Assembly (NCBI RefSeq): GCF_009914755.1
Contig: NC_060936.1
Length of the DNA: 64,000 nucleotides
Strand: one strand, 5' to 3'
From: the human T2T-CHM13v2.0 reference genome, Homo sapiens
Each line of letters opens with the position of its first letter. The stretch's first letter is position 1. The notes below the pieces were generated by a model that did no database searches, had not been told where the DNA came from, and saw only the letters and a list, made by a program, of their open reading frames with translations. This document shows, piece after piece, positions 57,493-64,000 of this stretch. The translations under genes were made by a program, and so were the position numbers.

Positions 57493-58907
57493 CTATTTGA
57501 ATGTTTGGTAGAATTCAGCCATGAAGCCATTTGGTTCTGGGCTTTTCTTTGTTGGGAGGATTTTAATTACTACTTTAATAACTATTTGTTATTGGTCTGT
57601 TCAGGCTTTCTATTTGTTCCTCATTCAATTCTGGCAGGTATATGTTTCTAAGAATTTATCCATTTCCTCTAGGTTATCTAATTTGTTGGCTTAAAATTGT
57701 TCAATCGTCTCTAGTGATCTTTTTTATTTCTGAGGTCTCCACTTTTATTTCTGATTTTTTAATTTCAGTCTTCTCTTTTTTTTTCTTAGTCTAGCTAAGG
57801 CTTTGTCACTCTTATATGTTAGAAGAGCCAACTAAGTTTTGTTAATGTATTTTTCTATTCTCTATTTGATTTATTTCTGCTCTGGTCTTTATTAACTCCT
57901 TCCTTCTGCTAACTTTGGGTTTACTTTATTCTTTTTTTCCTAGTTCCTTGAGGTGTAACATTAGCTTGTTTATTGGAGATCTTTCTTCTTTCTAAATGCA
58001 GGTGTTTATCGCTATAAACTTCCCTCTTAGAACTGCTTTTGCTGTGTCCCTTAGGTTTTGGTATGTTGTGTTTCCATTTTCATTTGTCTCAATATATTTT
58101 TTTAATTTCCTTTTGGATTTCTTCTTTGACCTCTTGGTTGTTCAGGAGCATGATGTTTAATTTCCACATGTTTTTGAATTTTCCAGTTTTTTTCCTATTA
58201 TTGATTCCTAGTTTCATACCACTGTGATCATCAAAGATACTTGATATGATTTCAGTCTCTTAAATTTCAATCTTCTCAAAGTCTTCTTTGTTAAGACTTG
58301 TTTTGTGGCCTAATATATGATCTATCCTGGATAATGTTCCACGTGCACTTGAAAAGAATGTGTATTCCGCTGCTGTTGGATGGAATGTTTTGTACATATC
58401 TGCTAGATTCATTTGGTCTAAAGTGTAGTTCAAGTCCAATGCTTCCTAATTGATTTTCTGTCTGGATGATCTCTCCAGTGTTGAAAGTGGGGTACTGAAG
58501 TCCCCTACTACTATTGTCTTACTGTCTATTTCCCCCTTCATATCTGTTAACAATTGATCATATATATATTTAGGTGCTCTGATATTATGTGCATATATAT
58601 TTACAATTGTTATATCTTCTTGATGAATTGAGACCATAAGACTTTTCTTAATGTCCAGTTCTTTGAGCACTATATAATACATGGCCTCTATAACTAAAGC
58701 CTACTGCTATCATAAAATCCTCTTTTTATCTCTAAAGACTGCTAAGTGTTTTCAATATAGTTCAGGAAATAAACTTGAACTATAAGTTTATCAGGAAATA
58801 AACCTGAAGCTTCTCAGCAGGATGAATGGAGTCTTGGAATTTAAATGTGCCTGTTCCTAATCTTTGTATTCAGAATAAAAATATTAGGCATCCAACTGCT
58901 GATCTTA

Positions 58908-58926
58908 GGAGGCCCCCTAGTGCGCA
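58908..58926 (-). promoter_or_regulatory. Candidate CTCF motif
   Basis: Minus strand TGCGCACTAGGGGGCCTCC resembles the CCACYAGGGGGCG core; motif match only. Confidence 0.45.
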
Positions 58927-59333
58927 CAGAGCAGACACTTTAGCAATCTGAACACAGACACTTTAGAAATACCTTTAACAAATTAACTATGGGATTGATC
59001 TGTAACACAAAAAATATATTTTTAGGAGAATCAATGATACAGAAAAAATGTAAAAGACTATTTTAGTTAATTCATCTTGAATTACTTTGAGCCAACTTTC
59101 AGAAGACAAAGATTAGAAAATCCTAAGCAATATTTAATAATATTATTTTTCAAAATCATGATCTGTGATAGTAACATTCCATTTTACTTTTTTTATTTCT
59201 TGATCCAGTCAAATTATGTATGCATCACTATATAACATTCGAAATACCGAAAGCTTTAGATGGCAACACATTATGATTAAGTCTTTTATAAGGAGAGTTT
59301 ATCCCTTGTATAATTTAAAAAAATAAAATTTCA

Positions 59334-59656
59334 GGTGGGGCGTGGTGGCTCACGCCTGTAATCCTAGCACTTTGGGAGGCCGAGGCAGGCAGATTCCCTG
59401 AGCTCAGGAGTTTGAGACCAGTCTGGGCAACACAGTGAAACCCCGTCTCTACTAAAAATACAAAAAATTAGCCGGGCATGGTAGCGTGTGCTTGTAGTAG
59501 CTGTAGTCCCAGCTACTCAGGAGGCTGAGGCACGACCATCACTTGAACCCCGGAGGCAGAGGTCTCAGTGAGCCAAGATCGTACCACTGCACTCCAGCCT
59601 GGATGACAGAGCAAGACTCTGTCTCAAAAAATTAATTAATTAATTAATTAATTAAA
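59334..59656 (+). mobile_element. AluS with (TTAA)n tail
   Basis: Dimer; flanking aaataaaatt. Confidence 0.94.
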
Positions 59657-59911
59657 TAAAATTGTAAAGGTCAGTGTGCATTATTTTCCTCAATAGTTGT
59701 TTATCTTCTGGAATCTCATAGTACTTAATTCTGTAACATTATAACAATTGCCATGTTTATCATGATAACATTCTTCAACGGCATTCTCTTTCTTACTTTC
59801 TTACCACTGTCTTTAACTGAGGAGATATCTGGTATTTGCAAGCAGCTGAAAAATGTGTTATAAATGACTTAATGGTAATTTAAATATCCAAATCTGCAAA
59901 TAATATACCTG

Positions 59912-64000
<4,089 letters not shown>

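Overview
Primate (human-like), AT-rich, repeat-dense DNA lying wholly inside the magnesium transporter gene SLC41A2 on the minus strand. Four internal coding exons (48196-48049, 42987-42908, 27585-27454, 26231-26083) splice in frame through GT-AG sites and encode part of the second MgtE-like domain. The start and last exons are outside the window. The introns hold about 22 Alu elements or fragments, many L1 pieces (including a >4 kb L1PA running off the right end), DNA-transposon fossils and a Y4 RNA pseudogene. There are also two ERVs: a two-LTR, gag-only ERV1 provirus (LTR1/HUERS-P2-like, tRNA-Pro PBS, 4-bp TSD) nested three layers deep in L1, and an older env-TM plus LTR remnant. I see no convincing new multi-gene system. 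The most unusual signals are a candidate stop-containing cassette exon, a (UG)17 tract beside a weak splice donor, two short segments apparently copied from 1-2 kb away, several tandem duplications, a fold-back mutation in L1, a CTCF-like site and an unidentified CDS-like fossil. Repeat subfamily names come from memory of consensus sequences and boundaries are approximate unless a TSD is given.
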